A stretch of DNA of 64,000 nucleotides from Candidatus Melainabacteria bacterium (GCA_963780635.1 CAWACW010000002.1:24667-88666), one strand, 5' to 3'; shown: positions 38,440 to 48,036, numbered from the stretch's first letter. Notes: generated from the sequence alone by a model not told the origin. Program-made: numbers and translations.

Positions 38440-39813
38440 TCAGGTCAGCTGCTTCAGCCGCACCTTGAAGTGCCTCAATACTTTTGGCGCGTGCGTGATG
38501 CGATACCCCGGCACGCGTTCGGGGTGCTGGGCGATGCACGCGACGACGTCCGCCACGTACGCCAGGTGGCTCGCCGTGTAGACACGCCGCGGGATTGCCA
38601 GCCGAACGAGTTCCGCCGGTGCGGGGACGATCACCTCATGTTGTTCATTCAGTTGCGCCAGATACAGCGACCCCAGTTCACTACACCGGATCCCGCCATC
38701 CAGGTACAGCTGACACGCCAACGCGTGGCCCGGGAACCGGCCGGGTGGCAGGTGCGACAACAGCCGGCCCGCGTCGAGGTACACGGCGTGGATCCCGGTG
38801 GGCGCGACCGTGCTCACGCCCGCCTTGTTGATCATTTCGGCCAGCTGCGCGGTGGCGTTGGCGCGGGACCTCAGGTAATCGGGCTGCACAACTTCACGTA
38901 GGCCCTGTGCCAGACATTCCAGTTCATGCCCGGCCAAGCCACCGTAGGTTGTGAACCCCTCGGTGAGAATCAAGTCTTCCTCGCAGCGCTGGGCCAGGTC
39001 CGGGTCGCGCAGCCCGATGATCGCGCCTTCGGCCGACAGACCGTCCTTCTTCAGACTGGCCACGCAGCCATCCGCCAGCTGGAACGCTTCGGTGGCCACC
39101 TCCTGCGGGGTGCGGTCGGCGTAGCCGGACTCGCGTTGTATGACCAGCCACGCGTTTTCCGCAAATCGCGCCGCGTCAAGAAAGAACGACACACCATGCC
39201 GGCGACACAGGTCACCGGTGGCCCTGATGTTGGACATGGAGACGGGTTGACCGCCGCCCCCGTTGTTCGTGATCGTCAGTAGCACGAGACCGACCCGCGC
39301 CCCGTCCGGCCCCGACAGCAACTCTTCCAGGCCGGCCAGATCGATGTTGCCCTTGAACGGCTCCAGGCTGTCCAGGTCGGCCGCCTCGGGACAGGGCAGG
39401 TCACGTGCTTCGCAGCCGACGCGCTCCACGTTGCCCCGTGTGGTGTCGAAGTGCGTGTTGGACAGGCAGATCTGGCCGGGGCGCAGCAAGGCCGAGAACA
39501 GGATCCGTTCGGCGCCCCTGCCCTGGTGCACGGGCAGCACGTGCGGGTAGTGGGTCAGTTCCTGCACAGCATCGACGAAGCGGTACCACGAACGGGATCC
39601 CGCGTAGGACTCGTCAGCGAGGGAGGCAGCGGCGCGCTGCTGCACGGACACCGCACCCGTGCCGGAATCGGACAACAGGTCGATGGTCACCTTCTCGGAC
39701 CGCAGGCTGAAGACGTTGTAGTCGACCTCGGCCAACGCTTCCGCCCGTTGCGCTTCGGTCAGGATCGGGATCGGCTCGACGACACTGATGCGATACGGCT
39801 CGAACGGAGGCAT
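38440..39813 (-). CDS. tnaA: tryptophanase / beta-eliminating lyase (PLP-dependent)
   Basis: 457 aa. N-terminus FEPYRISVVEPIPILTEAQRAEAL, PLP-lysine motif ASLKKDGLS and C-terminal ..HFKVRL... Convergent with cvnD, 16 nt between stops. Confidence 0.88.
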   Translation of the reverse strand: MPPFEPYRISVVEPIPILTEAQRAEALAEVDYNVFSLRSEKVTIDLLSDSGTGAVSVQQRAAASLADESYAGSRSWYRFVDAVQELTHYPHVLPVHQGRGAERILFSALLRPGQICLSNTHFDTTRGNVERVGCEARDLPCPEAADLDSLEPFKGNIDLAGLEELLSGPDGARVGLVLLTITNNGGGGQPVSMSNIRATGDLCRRHGVSFFLDAARFAENAWLVIQRESGYADRTPQEVATEAFQLADGCVASLKKDGLSAEGAIIGLRDPDLAQRCEEDLILTEGFTTYGGLAGHELECLAQGLREVVQPDYLRSRANATAQLAEMINKAGVSTVAPTGIHAVYLDAGRLLSHLPPGRFPGHALACQLYLDGGIRCSELGSLYLAQLNEQHEVIVPAPAELVRLAIPRRVYTASHLAYVADVVACIAQHPERVPGYRITHAPKVLRHFKVRLKQLT

Positions 39814-39816
39814 GGC

Positions 39817-40935
39817 TCATCTTCCCAGCTGCGCGGGTATCCGCATAGGGCGGCGTGGCAACGAAGCCCGGTAAGCCTCGGAGGAAAGGTAGACGGTCGC
39901 TCCGGGCGCACCGTGAGCGGTCAACTTCACCGAAACGTGAGCGATCAACCCCACACCCGCCCGGAGCGGCCGCCTTGCCACAGCATCGATCGCCTCGTCG
40001 ATCACCGCCGTGTCGAGCCCGAAATGGTCCAGGACAGCGAGCACTCTTCGGCGTGCCTGCGCATCGTCGTCGACGTAGTCCCGGATCGGCAGATAGAGGC
40101 TGGACGTGCTCGGCCGGTCGGTATCGCCGGCGAGGAAGGTGTAGCCCGACATCGCCGGTCGTTTCGCCAACCGGCCTGCGCACCCGGTGAGCCGGAGTAG
40201 GTCGCGAACTCCCGTGTCATCGATGTCGGCGACAGCCCGTGCGGCACGGACGAGGGTCTCGCCGTCGGCGTCACGGTGTGCCACGTACAACTTGACTCGG
40301 GACTGCGGCCGAGCATGCAAATCCAGCGCGAAAAAGGAGAACCGGTCCAGCCGGTTGAGCTGGCCGGGCCGCACCCCGTGCGCCAGCGCGACGGCGTACG
40401 CGCGCTCCAGACCCAGACGCCGCAATGCCTCGGCTACCAGTTCGGGCGCACGCGCCCTTCCCTGCGCGTCAGGATTGAAATACACCTTCAGATCCGGCGA
40501 CTGTGCGCGCCGGAACACCATCGAAAACCACAGACCGAAGTCGCTGCGGAGCCGATCACCGAGTAGGACCTGCCGCGCCCGTTCGAAACGGTCGAGGGTC
40601 AGGTCGAAGCGTGTCGCGAGCGCGTCGACCAGGTTGAGCGCGGCCTGTAGGTTGGCCTGACGACTGGGACTGCCGGCTAACCGCTCGGCGAGAAGCCGCA
40701 GGGTTGGGGGGCCCGCTGCGTCGACCGCCACGGAAAACTCGACCGGTGTGTGATCGTCGGAGATGTCGGTCGGCCAGAGCGCAGGCTCACGCAGCGCACG
40801 CTCACCAATTGGATCGAGCAGCGCCCGCACACCATCCAACGGTGCTGTCGGGGGCAAACCGACTACCGCACAAAGCCGACGTAACTGCCCTTCAACGAGT
40901 TCGCCTAGTAAGCCCGCGCGACCGTGCATTGGCAA
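39817..40935 (-). CDS. DMATS-type aromatic (indole) prenyltransferase
   Basis: 372 aa with DISDDHTPVEFSV, DLKVYFNP, RVKLYV and SSLYLPIRDY, which are repeated strand motifs of the tryptophan dimethylallyltransferase fold. It sits 3 nt upstream of tnaA, as in the iptA-tnaA pair of Streptomyces sp. SN-593. Confidence 0.78.
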   Translation of the reverse strand: MPMHGRAGLLGELVEGQLRRLCAVVGLPPTAPLDGVRALLDPIGERALREPALWPTDISDDHTPVEFSVAVDAAGPPTLRLLAERLAGSPSRQANLQAALNLVDALATRFDLTLDRFERARQVLLGDRLRSDFGLWFSMVFRRAQSPDLKVYFNPDAQGRARAPELVAEALRRLGLERAYAVALAHGVRPGQLNRLDRFSFFALDLHARPQSRVKLYVAHRDADGETLVRAARAVADIDDTGVRDLLRLTGCAGRLAKRPAMSGYTFLAGDTDRPSTSSLYLPIRDYVDDDAQARRRVLAVLDHFGLDTAVIDEAIDAVARRPLRAGVGLIAHVSVKLTAHGAPGATVYLSSEAYRASLPRRPMRIPAQLGR

Positions 40936-40947
40936 CTCCGATCTCAG

Positions 40948-41322
40948 CTAGCCAGAAGTCTCCCACGCCATGCCCGGGTGCCGGTAGAATCCAACGAAGC
41001 CAACAGGTTCCGGTACCGCCAAGTTGATGATCTGCACTCCTGGATGCGGTAACCCGTAGCAGCCGTCCGAGCGATAAGGCCCAGCAACTGGCGGCCATGC
41101 GCAAACCTTCGTCTCGATGTCATATCCATTGGCCTTCGCAGGATCGTGGGTAGGCCGACCTGCGACCTGCCCAGGGCCGAACGGTCGAGTGGTGGGCTCG
41201 TCCGGCGGCCGAACGGCACGGTAGTGGCGCAGCGCGCCGTCGACGGACATGATCCGGGCTTGCACGACACGGCGCAGGACACTCCGGCGTGGTGTGCGCA
41301 TCTGGTCGAGGTCCTGCGTCAT
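40948..41322 (-). CDS. hypothetical protein (124 aa), first large ORF of the prenyl-indole operon
   Basis: ATG at 41322 with AGGAG upstream. Ends 12 nt before the prenyltransferase start. ..GYDIETKVCAWPPVAGPYRSDGCYGLPHPGVQIINLAVPEPVGFVGFYRHPG... It is the only credible part of the 669-aa tracked ORF 40948..42957. Confidence 0.5.
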   Translation of the reverse strand: MTQDLDQMRTPRRSVLRRVVQARIMSVDGALRHYRAVRPPDEPTTRPFGPGQVAGRPTHDPAKANGYDIETKVCAWPPVAGPYRSDGCYGLPHPGVQIINLAVPEPVGFVGFYRHPGMAWETSG

Positions 41323-41483
41323 CGCCTGCTCCTGGAGCGGGGTCCGGCGATGCGCAGGACATGGCCGTGGGTGCACACGTAGCACCGGTCGACCACCGTG
41401 TAGAGGTTGCATGTGTGGTCGCCGACGGGGAAGGTCAGGACCGGGCGGCCAGTCGACGCCGCAGGCGCGGTCGCCGCGGTCAT
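41319..41483 (-). CDS. small Cys/His-containing ORF (54 aa) translationally coupled to the 124-aa ORF
   Basis: AAGGGGG plus ATG at 41483. MTAATAPAASTGRPVLTFPVGDHTCNLYTVVDRCYVCTHGHVLRIAGPRSRSRR. The TGA overlaps the downstream ATG (ATGA). It falls below the ORF-track length cut-off. Confidence 0.35.
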   Translation of the reverse strand: MTAATAPAASTGRPVLTFPVGDHTCNLYTVVDRCYVCTHGHVLRIAGPRSRSRR

Positions 41484-41600
41484 CGCGCATCAACCCCCTT
41501 GCAGTCCAAGGACATCGCTGGCCTGGGCGGGCTTGTCCAGCCCGGCGATGCCGACGGGGATGGAACCCAGTGACCCGACCGATTTCGGAGGGTTTGAGCC

Positions 41601-41850
41601 GGGCCACCGGGGGCTGGCACGGCACCGTTGGTCGACCGCTCAATGGCCGAATCGGCTCGTCGGGATGATCGTGCAGGTGCCATGCCGTCGACCTTGCACG
41701 TTCCCGACCCTGCGCGATAGGGAGGATCCCGGGGATGTCAAGGGGATACTTAGGGGAGGATTGGAAGCCTCCCCATCCCACGCCGAGTAGTGGCGTGCGC
41801 ACTTTCCGTGCCACGATGAGCTGGTCAGATAACTGTGGAAAGGCAGCAGG
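41601..41850 (+). repeat. copy A of a roughly 250-bp duplicated non-coding element
   Basis: Aligns base-for-base with 51601..51847 in the same orientation. Shared blocks are CTGGCACGGCACCGTYGGTCGACCGCTC, TCGTCGGGATGATCG, GGGAGGAT and GGGATGTCAAGGGGATACTT-GGGGAG-ATTG-AAGCCTCCCC. Copy A ends exactly at the XRE ATG (41851). Confidence 0.9.
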
Positions 41851-43167
41851 ATGGTCACAGCCAATGATCAGCTTCGGCTGGCACGAGAGCGGACCGAATC
41901 GCCCTCCCAGCCGGGTACATGCCTGTCCCGCCCGGAGCTTGCGCAGCTGGTCAACTCCTATGTCGAGGACCATCACCCCGACCACCATGTCAATCTGGAC
42001 GCTAACTACATCGGCAAGCTCGAACGCGGCGTAATCCGCTGGCCGACCGATGACTACCGGGAGGCGTTGCGGTCGATCTTGGGAGTGTCCAGCGACGCCG
42101 CGTTGGGATTCACCAACAAACGCCGCGTGGTGGTAGAGGTGGTGGACGTGGATCGCAAAAAGTTCCTGCGCACCGCCGCACTCGGCGTTGGTGCGGTCGC
42201 TCTCGCGCCGGTCGCGGCGATGCTGCAGGGCGCTGAACCGACCCCGATTCCGGCCCGTGTCGGCGCTACGGAGATCGGCCAGATCCGCACTGCCGCACGG
42301 GTGTTCGCAGGTTGGGACCACAGTTACGGTGGTGGTCTCGCACGCGAGGCTGTGCTCGCGCAGCTGCAGTGGTCGGCTGGCCTGTTGGACGCGACCTGTC
42401 CGGCCCGGCTTCGCGGGCAGCTCTACAGCGCGGTGGGCTACCTCGCCCACACCTGTGGGTTCAACTCGTTCGACGCCTATGCCCATACCGACGCCCGCAA
42501 CACTTTCCGGTTCGCCTTTGCCTGCGCTGAAGAGGCCGACGATTGGCACCTGCGCGCCAAGGTGCTCTCCTCGATGGCCCGGCACGAGATCTGGACAGGC
42601 CACCCTGACGATGGCCTGACGCTGACGGAGCATGCGCTGGTGCGCGCCGACCGGCTGACCGCCACCGAACGCGCCATGCTGCACACCGCGCATGCACGCG
42701 CCCTGGCCAAGATGAATCGGGTCCGCGAGACATTGATCGCGGTCGGCACCGCCGACGACCAGTTCGCCCGTGCCAACCCAACCAACGATCCGCCGTGGAT
42801 GGTCTACTACGACGCTGCGCAGCACCACGGCGACACCGGTCACGCCCTGTTCGATCTGGCGATCCGCGGCCGGGCGGCGGGCGAGGCGGGCACGCGGTTG
42901 GCCGCGGCGGTCGCCGGGCATACCAATGCGTTCGCCCGCTCTCGGGCGATCTCGCAAACCAAGCTGGCGTCGCTGATGATGGCCACCGGTGACCCTCTCG
43001 AAGCCGTCACGATCGGCACTGCCGCACTCGAGGCGGCCGGCGCCATTCGGTCCCGCCGCGCCGCCGAGGACCTACGCGAACTGGCCCGCCACGCTGGCCG
43101 CCACTCGACGGTCCGCGAGGCCATCGCCCTGCGCCGCCGCATCACCGACCTGGTCCTCGCCCCGTGA
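41851..43167 (+). CDS. XRE-family HTH regulator with TPR-like C-terminal domain
   Basis: ..LSRPELAQLVNSYV..DANYIGKLERGVIRWP.. HTH. 438 aa. Divergent from the prenyl-indole operon. Confidence 0.82.
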   Translation: MVTANDQLRLARERTESPSQPGTCLSRPELAQLVNSYVEDHHPDHHVNLDANYIGKLERGVIRWPTDDYREALRSILGVSSDAALGFTNKRRVVVEVVDVDRKKFLRTAALGVGAVALAPVAAMLQGAEPTPIPARVGATEIGQIRTAARVFAGWDHSYGGGLAREAVLAQLQWSAGLLDATCPARLRGQLYSAVGYLAHTCGFNSFDAYAHTDARNTFRFAFACAEEADDWHLRAKVLSSMARHEIWTGHPDDGLTLTEHALVRADRLTATERAMLHTAHARALAKMNRVRETLIAVGTADDQFARANPTNDPPWMVYYDAAQHHGDTGHALFDLAIRGRAAGEAGTRLAAAVAGHTNAFARSRAISQTKLASLMMATGDPLEAVTIGTAALEAAGAIRSRRAAEDLRELARHAGRHSTVREAIALRRRITDLVLAP

Positions 43168-44078
43168 GCGTGCCACCGACCGAGCCATCCGCTGGGCAGT
43201 TGGACATCGGCACGAGCACGGTGCTGGCCGAGGCGTGTGCACAGGCTGGGCTGGATTTTCGTGGCGCCAAGCCGATCCGGCTCGGGGAGAACGCCATCGT
43301 CGGCCTGCCCGGCGGCATCGTGGTCCGCATAGCCCGACCTGGCCAGTTTGCCGCCGCCTCCCGCGAGGTCCAGATAGCCCGCTGGCTGGCCGAGCAGGGT
43401 GTGCCCGCCGTGCGTGTCGTCGAGGGCATCACGCAACCCGTCCACACGCTCGGGCGAGCGGTGACGTTCTGGCACGAGCTGCCGCCTCACGAACACGCCA
43501 CCCCAGCCCAGGTCGCCGACGCCTTGCGCCGGCTGCACGAGTTGCCGGTCCCGACCGGGTTCACCCTCGGACCGCTGGCGCCGTTCGTGCGGCTGGCCGA
43601 GCGCATCGAGGCCGCTACCACAGTGCCAGATGAGGACCGGACCTGGCTGCACCGGCACCTGAGCGCGCTGCAGGGTCGCTACGCAGAGCTGCCCGCCGGT
43701 CGGCCGCATCGCGTGATCCACGGCGACGCCTGGGTGGGCAACCTCGCGGCGACCGCCGACGGCCTCATCTGGCTGGACCTGGAACGCTGCGCGATCGGTC
43801 CACCCGAATGGGACTTGATCAACACCACCCTGCGCTACACCAGCTTCGCCTGGATCAGCGCCCGGGAGTACCGCGAATTCGGCCGCGGCTACGGCTACGA
43901 CGTCACCAACTGGCCCGGCTTCGCCCTGCTGCGCGACATCCGCGAACTGCGCATGACCTGCTACACCGCCCAGCACGCGGCCGAGAACCCGGCCGCCCAG
44001 ACGGAAGCACTGCTGCGGGTCGCTTGCCTGCGGGGTGAGCGCGGCCCCAGGCCGTGGCAGTGGACTCCCGCACCGTGA
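43164..44078 (+). CDS. aminoglycoside-phosphotransferase (APH)-fold kinase family protein
   Basis: RVIHGDAWVGNL (catalytic HGD..N) and LIWLDLERC (metal-binding D). The GTG at 43164 overlaps the XRE stop (GTGA). Confidence 0.82.
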   Translation: MSVPPTEPSAGQLDIGTSTVLAEACAQAGLDFRGAKPIRLGENAIVGLPGGIVVRIARPGQFAAASREVQIARWLAEQGVPAVRVVEGITQPVHTLGRAVTFWHELPPHEHATPAQVADALRRLHELPVPTGFTLGPLAPFVRLAERIEAATTVPDEDRTWLHRHLSALQGRYAELPAGRPHRVIHGDAWVGNLAATADGLIWLDLERCAIGPPEWDLINTTLRYTSFAWISAREYREFGRGYGYDVTNWPGFALLRDIRELRMTCYTAQHAAENPAAQTEALLRVACLRGERGPRPWQWTPAP

Positions 44079-44501
44079 CCGCACCGCGAACGTCCGCTCA
44101 CGGCCTTTGATCGATGGGCGCCTGGTCGCCGGCAGTATCAGATCGTCTCGCGCGCTTACGCGAACGCCACGCGCAAAGAAAGTGCTCGGCCTGGATGGCG
44201 AGTTCCCTGAACACGGCTAACGCCGATTCGCGTCGTTCCTGGGAAGTCCAGGCGAGCGCCAACTTCCGCGCGGCGCGTCGGTCACAGGAGACCATCAGGC
44301 GCCCTATCGCGAAGGACAACCCATCCGCACGTCTTACGACCACGTGGGCGGAGGGCTGCCAGCAGCCATCCAGACGAATGCGCAATCTTGGTCAGGTCCG
44401 ACAGCGCGCTCACGGGGGTTGCTGATCGTGGCCCACATCTGCAGCGATCGGACGCACTGGACACGGTCGCCGCGTCCCGCGGACTAAAGCAACCCCGCCA
44501 A

Positions 44502-44541
44502 CAGTGGCGGTACACCAACGTGTGCTGGTGTACCGCCACTG
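44502..44541 (-). terminator. perfect 16-bp hairpin (CAGTGGCGGTACACCA-N8-TGGTGTACCGCCACTG) downstream of the lanthipeptide operon
   Basis: Read directly. It lies about 110 nt after the methyltransferase stop (44649) on the minus strand. Confidence 0.5.
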
Positions 44542-44648
44542 TCTGGGCCGGCAGGGCCCAATTCGCCTTGTTGGTCCACGGTGAGCTGTCCAACGAGAGC
44601 TGCGACCTCCGCACTTCCTCCGTGTGACTGTTCAGCGCAGGGTTCTGA

Positions 44649-46745
44649 TCACCAGGTGATGGTTACGTGGGTGTGCGGTCGAACGATGTGGCTGGGCGAG
44701 GAGATTTGGCCATCGTGTGTGTCGATGTGTTGGGCGCGGATGGTGGGCTGGCTCGGGCGTTCCCGGTCCCAGCGGTGCAGGAGTTCGCCGACTTGGGCGG
44801 CGAGCCTCTCGCTGTCGGGTCCGTGCGCGACGACGCCCAGCTCGCTCACGCCGTCACCCTGGTCGCGCATAGCAAGGTAGGCCAGGGTGACGCCCTCGTA
44901 TATCGTCGCACCCGCCCAGCGCAGTGCGGGATCGACGAGACCGCTGTTGCGGGCCACGGGCCCGACGGACAGGCGGCCGAAGCTGCCGCTGCCGGTGGTC
45001 AGCAGCCACAGGTCGAGGTGCTCGGCCGGTTCGTCGTCGCGGATCTGGATGCCTGTCCACCGTGCGTGCGCCTCATAGGTGAGCGCGCGGCTGAGGACGG
45101 CTTCGTCGGGTGTGTCCTGCGCGTCGACGTGCAGGACCACGTCGTCGGTGAGTTGCACGAACTCTTCGTCGTGTTCAGTCGAGCCGCGCATGGGGACGAA
45201 GCCGCAGACGAGCGCTGAGTCACTGATCATCGAGTCTGGCTGGTCGACGTCGAATGCGATGGCTCGGGTGAGACCGCTGCCGTGCAGGCGCAGTGGCACG
45301 ACGATGCGGCCTCCGACGGCGAGTTGGTCCCACCAGGCGGCCGCGATGTCCCATGCCCCCGCGGTGATGATGAGCCTGTCGTAGGGTGCTCGGTCGGAGT
45401 GTCCCAGTGCGCCGTCGCCGCAGATCACCTCGACCTGCCTGTATCCGGCCGCAGCCAGTCCGCGGCGGGCGCCGGCGGCCAGGTCGTCATCAAGTTCGAT
45501 GGTGACGACGTTGCCGATGGCGCCGGTCAACTCCGCCAGCAGGGCGGCGTTGATGCCGGTCGCCGCGCCGATCTCCAGGATTCGGTGACCAGGCCGGACG
45601 CCGAGTTGTTCGAGCATCTCGGCCACGAGATTGGGGCTGGACGCTGAGGAGAGCGCCGTCCCGTTGTCCGCGCGCTTGGTCACGACTGGTTTGGGTGCGT
45701 ATGCGATGGAGGGGTCAACGCCGGGCAGAAACAGATGCCGCGGCACGGTGCGGAACGCACGCTCGACCTCAGGGGTGCGGAACGTGCCACGGCCACGGAT
45801 GTGGTCGGCGAGAGCCGTCCGAAGTGCCTGCGGATCGGGGGTCGTCGTGTCCATGGTCTGGGTAGTCACCGTTCTTACTGTAGGGGTCTGGGGATGGGCC
45901 GAGCGGCTTACCGACCCGATCGTGGATGTGTCGTGGCGGTGGAAAACCACTTGGCTGGCGGCAGTGGCCAGGAGGTATTGGTGTGTGGCCGAAACGCCCA
46001 AGCGGTTGAACGCGAACATCAGATGATGGACCAGCACGGCCCGCATTCCGCGTGTGAGGTCACCCCGGCGATACAACTCGGTGAGCGTGTTGCCGGCCCT
46101 GTCGAAGGAGGCGGGCCAGGCGGGCGCGGCGCGAAGCGGGCTGCCATCGGCATCGTCAGCGGCCGTGATGAGTCGCTGCACGGCCGCCACCAGTTGCGGC
46201 GATGGCACAACCTGCACGTCCTGTGCCCGGTGCGCGGCGAGTCGGGCCCAGGCGTCGCCCTGCTCGTACCAGTCCAGTCCGGCAGCACGCAGGAGCCGGG
46301 TGCCCAGGATCAGGCCGAGTTCGCGACGCTGATCCGGATGGTCCTCGGCCAGGTGGCGCAGGACATGGCGGCTGTCAGCGTGGAAGAGCGCGTGGGCAAT
46401 GTTCGTCGCCGCGGATCCGCCGAAGGCATAGATCTCGGGTTCATAGATGAGCGCGGCGTGGCGCTGGATTGCGCCTTGTGCCACGAGCGCCGCCGTCATC
46501 CTGCCCACGAACTCGGTTGCCCTCGCATCCCCGTCCTCCGTGGAACGGAACCGTACCCGCCACGATTTTCCTTTCCGGACGAACCACCAGCCGGCGATGG
46601 ATCCGTCGCTTTCCGCTTCGGTCACCAGAGGCCGCAGGCCCGTCACGGCCATGTGTTCGGCGGAGCGCCAGTCCTCACACCACAGGTCCACCTGCCGCCA
46701 CCGGGTCGGGGTGATGTGCCGGGTCGGGGTGATCTGCTCGGACAT
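44649..46745 (-). CDS. FxLD-system methyltransferase: SpaB_C-like domain fused to protein-L-isoaspartate(D-aspartate) O-methyltransferase
   Basis: The N-terminus AGWWFVRKGKSWRVRFRS matches the thiopeptide/lantibiotic-dehydratase C-terminal-type motif. The centre carries the PIMT SAM motif RILEIGAATGINAALLAEL and ..YDRLIITAGAWDI... 698 aa. Architecture matches TIGR04364-type proteins. Confidence 0.88.
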   Translation of the reverse strand: MSEQITPTRHITPTRWRQVDLWCEDWRSAEHMAVTGLRPLVTEAESDGSIAGWWFVRKGKSWRVRFRSTEDGDARATEFVGRMTAALVAQGAIQRHAALIYEPEIYAFGGSAATNIAHALFHADSRHVLRHLAEDHPDQRRELGLILGTRLLRAAGLDWYEQGDAWARLAAHRAQDVQVVPSPQLVAAVQRLITAADDADGSPLRAAPAWPASFDRAGNTLTELYRRGDLTRGMRAVLVHHLMFAFNRLGVSATHQYLLATAASQVVFHRHDTSTIGSVSRSAHPQTPTVRTVTTQTMDTTTPDPQALRTALADHIRGRGTFRTPEVERAFRTVPRHLFLPGVDPSIAYAPKPVVTKRADNGTALSSASSPNLVAEMLEQLGVRPGHRILEIGAATGINAALLAELTGAIGNVVTIELDDDLAAGARRGLAAAGYRQVEVICGDGALGHSDRAPYDRLIITAGAWDIAAAWWDQLAVGGRIVVPLRLHGSGLTRAIAFDVDQPDSMISDSALVCGFVPMRGSTEHDEEFVQLTDDVVLHVDAQDTPDEAVLSRALTYEAHARWTGIQIRDDEPAEHLDLWLLTTGSGSFGRLSVGPVARNSGLVDPALRWAGATIYEGVTLAYLAMRDQGDGVSELGVVAHGPDSERLAAQVGELLHRWDRERPSQPTIRAQHIDTHDGQISSPSHIVRPHTHVTITW

Positions 46746-46773
46746 GACAGTGTCTCTTCCTCCTGGTAATCGG

Positions 46774-48036
46774 TCAGTTCAGCAACAGGCAGGTCTGCCA
46801 GCCGGTTGTTCCAGCGGCGATGCTGTGCAGGGCGAGGGCCATGCCGGCGCCGCCGTCGATCAGTCCCGACGTGTCCGCGGACAGCGGATCCTCGGCGTGT
46901 TCCAGCAGCCTGTCGAGTAGGGGGGGCAGGTGCAGCCCGACAGTCGGTGCGCGGGCGTCACTGGCGACGGACCAGGTGGTCACGAGCAGCCCTGCCCAGC
47001 CGTGACACAGGCTGCGGTCGATGATGCTGCCCAGTTGACCCGGGTCAGCCAGACACCGCGCGAGGGCGTCTTCCGCGGCCTGCTGGCGGGTGTGGTCGTG
47101 CAGCGCCAGAGCGGCCAGTTGTTGAGCACGTGCCAGGCCGGGAGTGCCGTAGCACCAGGATGGCCGCCCTGGTCCGGTGTGGACCGGCCGGCCGGTGAGC
47201 AGCTCGCTGCCACCTATGTATTTGGGCCACGACGGCCCGGCCGGTGAGTCCTGGCGCCAGGTGTCCAACCAGGCACAGATCGCTTCGACGGCGCCGGTGT
47301 GACCGTCGACGGTGATGCCGTGGCGCAGCGCGAGGGCCAGCAGGGCCAACGGTCCGGCGATGCCATGGGCCATGCCGAAGTTGGCGTGCCCGCCACGGAA
47401 CCGGAGACACGTTCGCCGCGACGGGGCCTCAGCACTCCACCAACCCGGAGCGTGGCGCCCGGCCTCGTCATCGGCGCACACCGGTGACGTGAGATGCACC
47501 AGGTACTCCAGGATCCGGCCCATCAACTCGCCGTGCGGATCACGGTGCAACAGATGCGCGCCCAGCCCGGTGAGGCCACGGACCAGATCGAATTCGGACA
47601 GTTCCGGTCGCGCCCGGGCATTGATCCGCGCATGAGCAGCGTCCACGCGTCGGTGGCCGAGTTCCGTGACCGCGGAGTCGAGGTGCGTCCGCGCCCGGCG
47701 GTAGCGCTGCGGAACGGCGAGTGTGAGGGCGAAGGCGACCGCGGGCGCGCCGAACCACAGGCCGGCGCCTCGGCCGGCGCTGAGATCCTCGGCAGTCGCA
47801 CGGGTCAGCCACGCGTGCACGCGCTCCTGGCTGCCGTGCCCGTCGCGGGCGCGGACACCGTGCAGGACGGCGATGCCGGCCGCTCCGCTGGACAACGACT
47901 GGTGTCGCCAGCGGCGGCTGCTCAAGCCGCGATCGTCGGATGGTTGTAGCGGTGGTGGCGATGCCAGCGCATCGCTGATCCGGGCCGACATCGCCTCAGC
48001 GACGTGCAGGCGGCGTCCGTCGTGCAGGCTCGTCAC
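46774..48036 (-). CDS. lanC: lanthionine synthetase C-family cyclase (LanC)
   Basis: NFGMAHGIAGP, SWCYGTPGLA and RSLCHGWAGLL, the zinc-ligand Cys/His motifs of LanC. Start overlaps the lanB stop. Confidence 0.9.
   Translation of the reverse strand: MTSLHDGRRLHVAEAMSARISDALASPPPLQPSDDRGLSSRRWRHQSLSSGAAGIAVLHGVRARDGHGSQERVHAWLTRATAEDLSAGRGAGLWFGAPAVAFALTLAVPQRYRRARTHLDSAVTELGHRRVDAAHARINARARPELSEFDLVRGLTGLGAHLLHRDPHGELMGRILEYLVHLTSPVCADDEAGRHAPGWWSAEAPSRRTCLRFRGGHANFGMAHGIAGPLALLALALRHGITVDGHTGAVEAICAWLDTWRQDSPAGPSWPKYIGGSELLTGRPVHTGPGRPSWCYGTPGLARAQQLAALALHDHTRQQAAEDALARCLADPGQLGSIIDRSLCHGWAGLLVTTWSVASDARAPTVGLHLPPLLDRLLEHAEDPLSADTSGLIDGGAGMALALHSIAAGTTGWQTCLLLN

Noticed and set aside
41735-42034. 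Conserved SD plus ATG short ORF inside the duplicated element (MSRGY(L/F)GE.. at 41735 and 51733) as a real leader peptide
   Set aside because: Over the 36 alignable codons I count about 7 synonymous and 13 non-synonymous differences, which is no clear purifying signal. Both copies run on for 99 and 128 codons of shadow-like sequence, with no shared stop. It is kept only as a sub-feature of the repeat finding.
40948-42957. 669-aa minus-strand ORF spanning the XRE gene, and the 414-aa ORF 42840..44084
   Set aside because: Only the last 124 codons (40948..41322) look like protein. The rest is Arg/Pro/Gly shadow antisense to the XRE and APH genes, which carry recognisable motifs.
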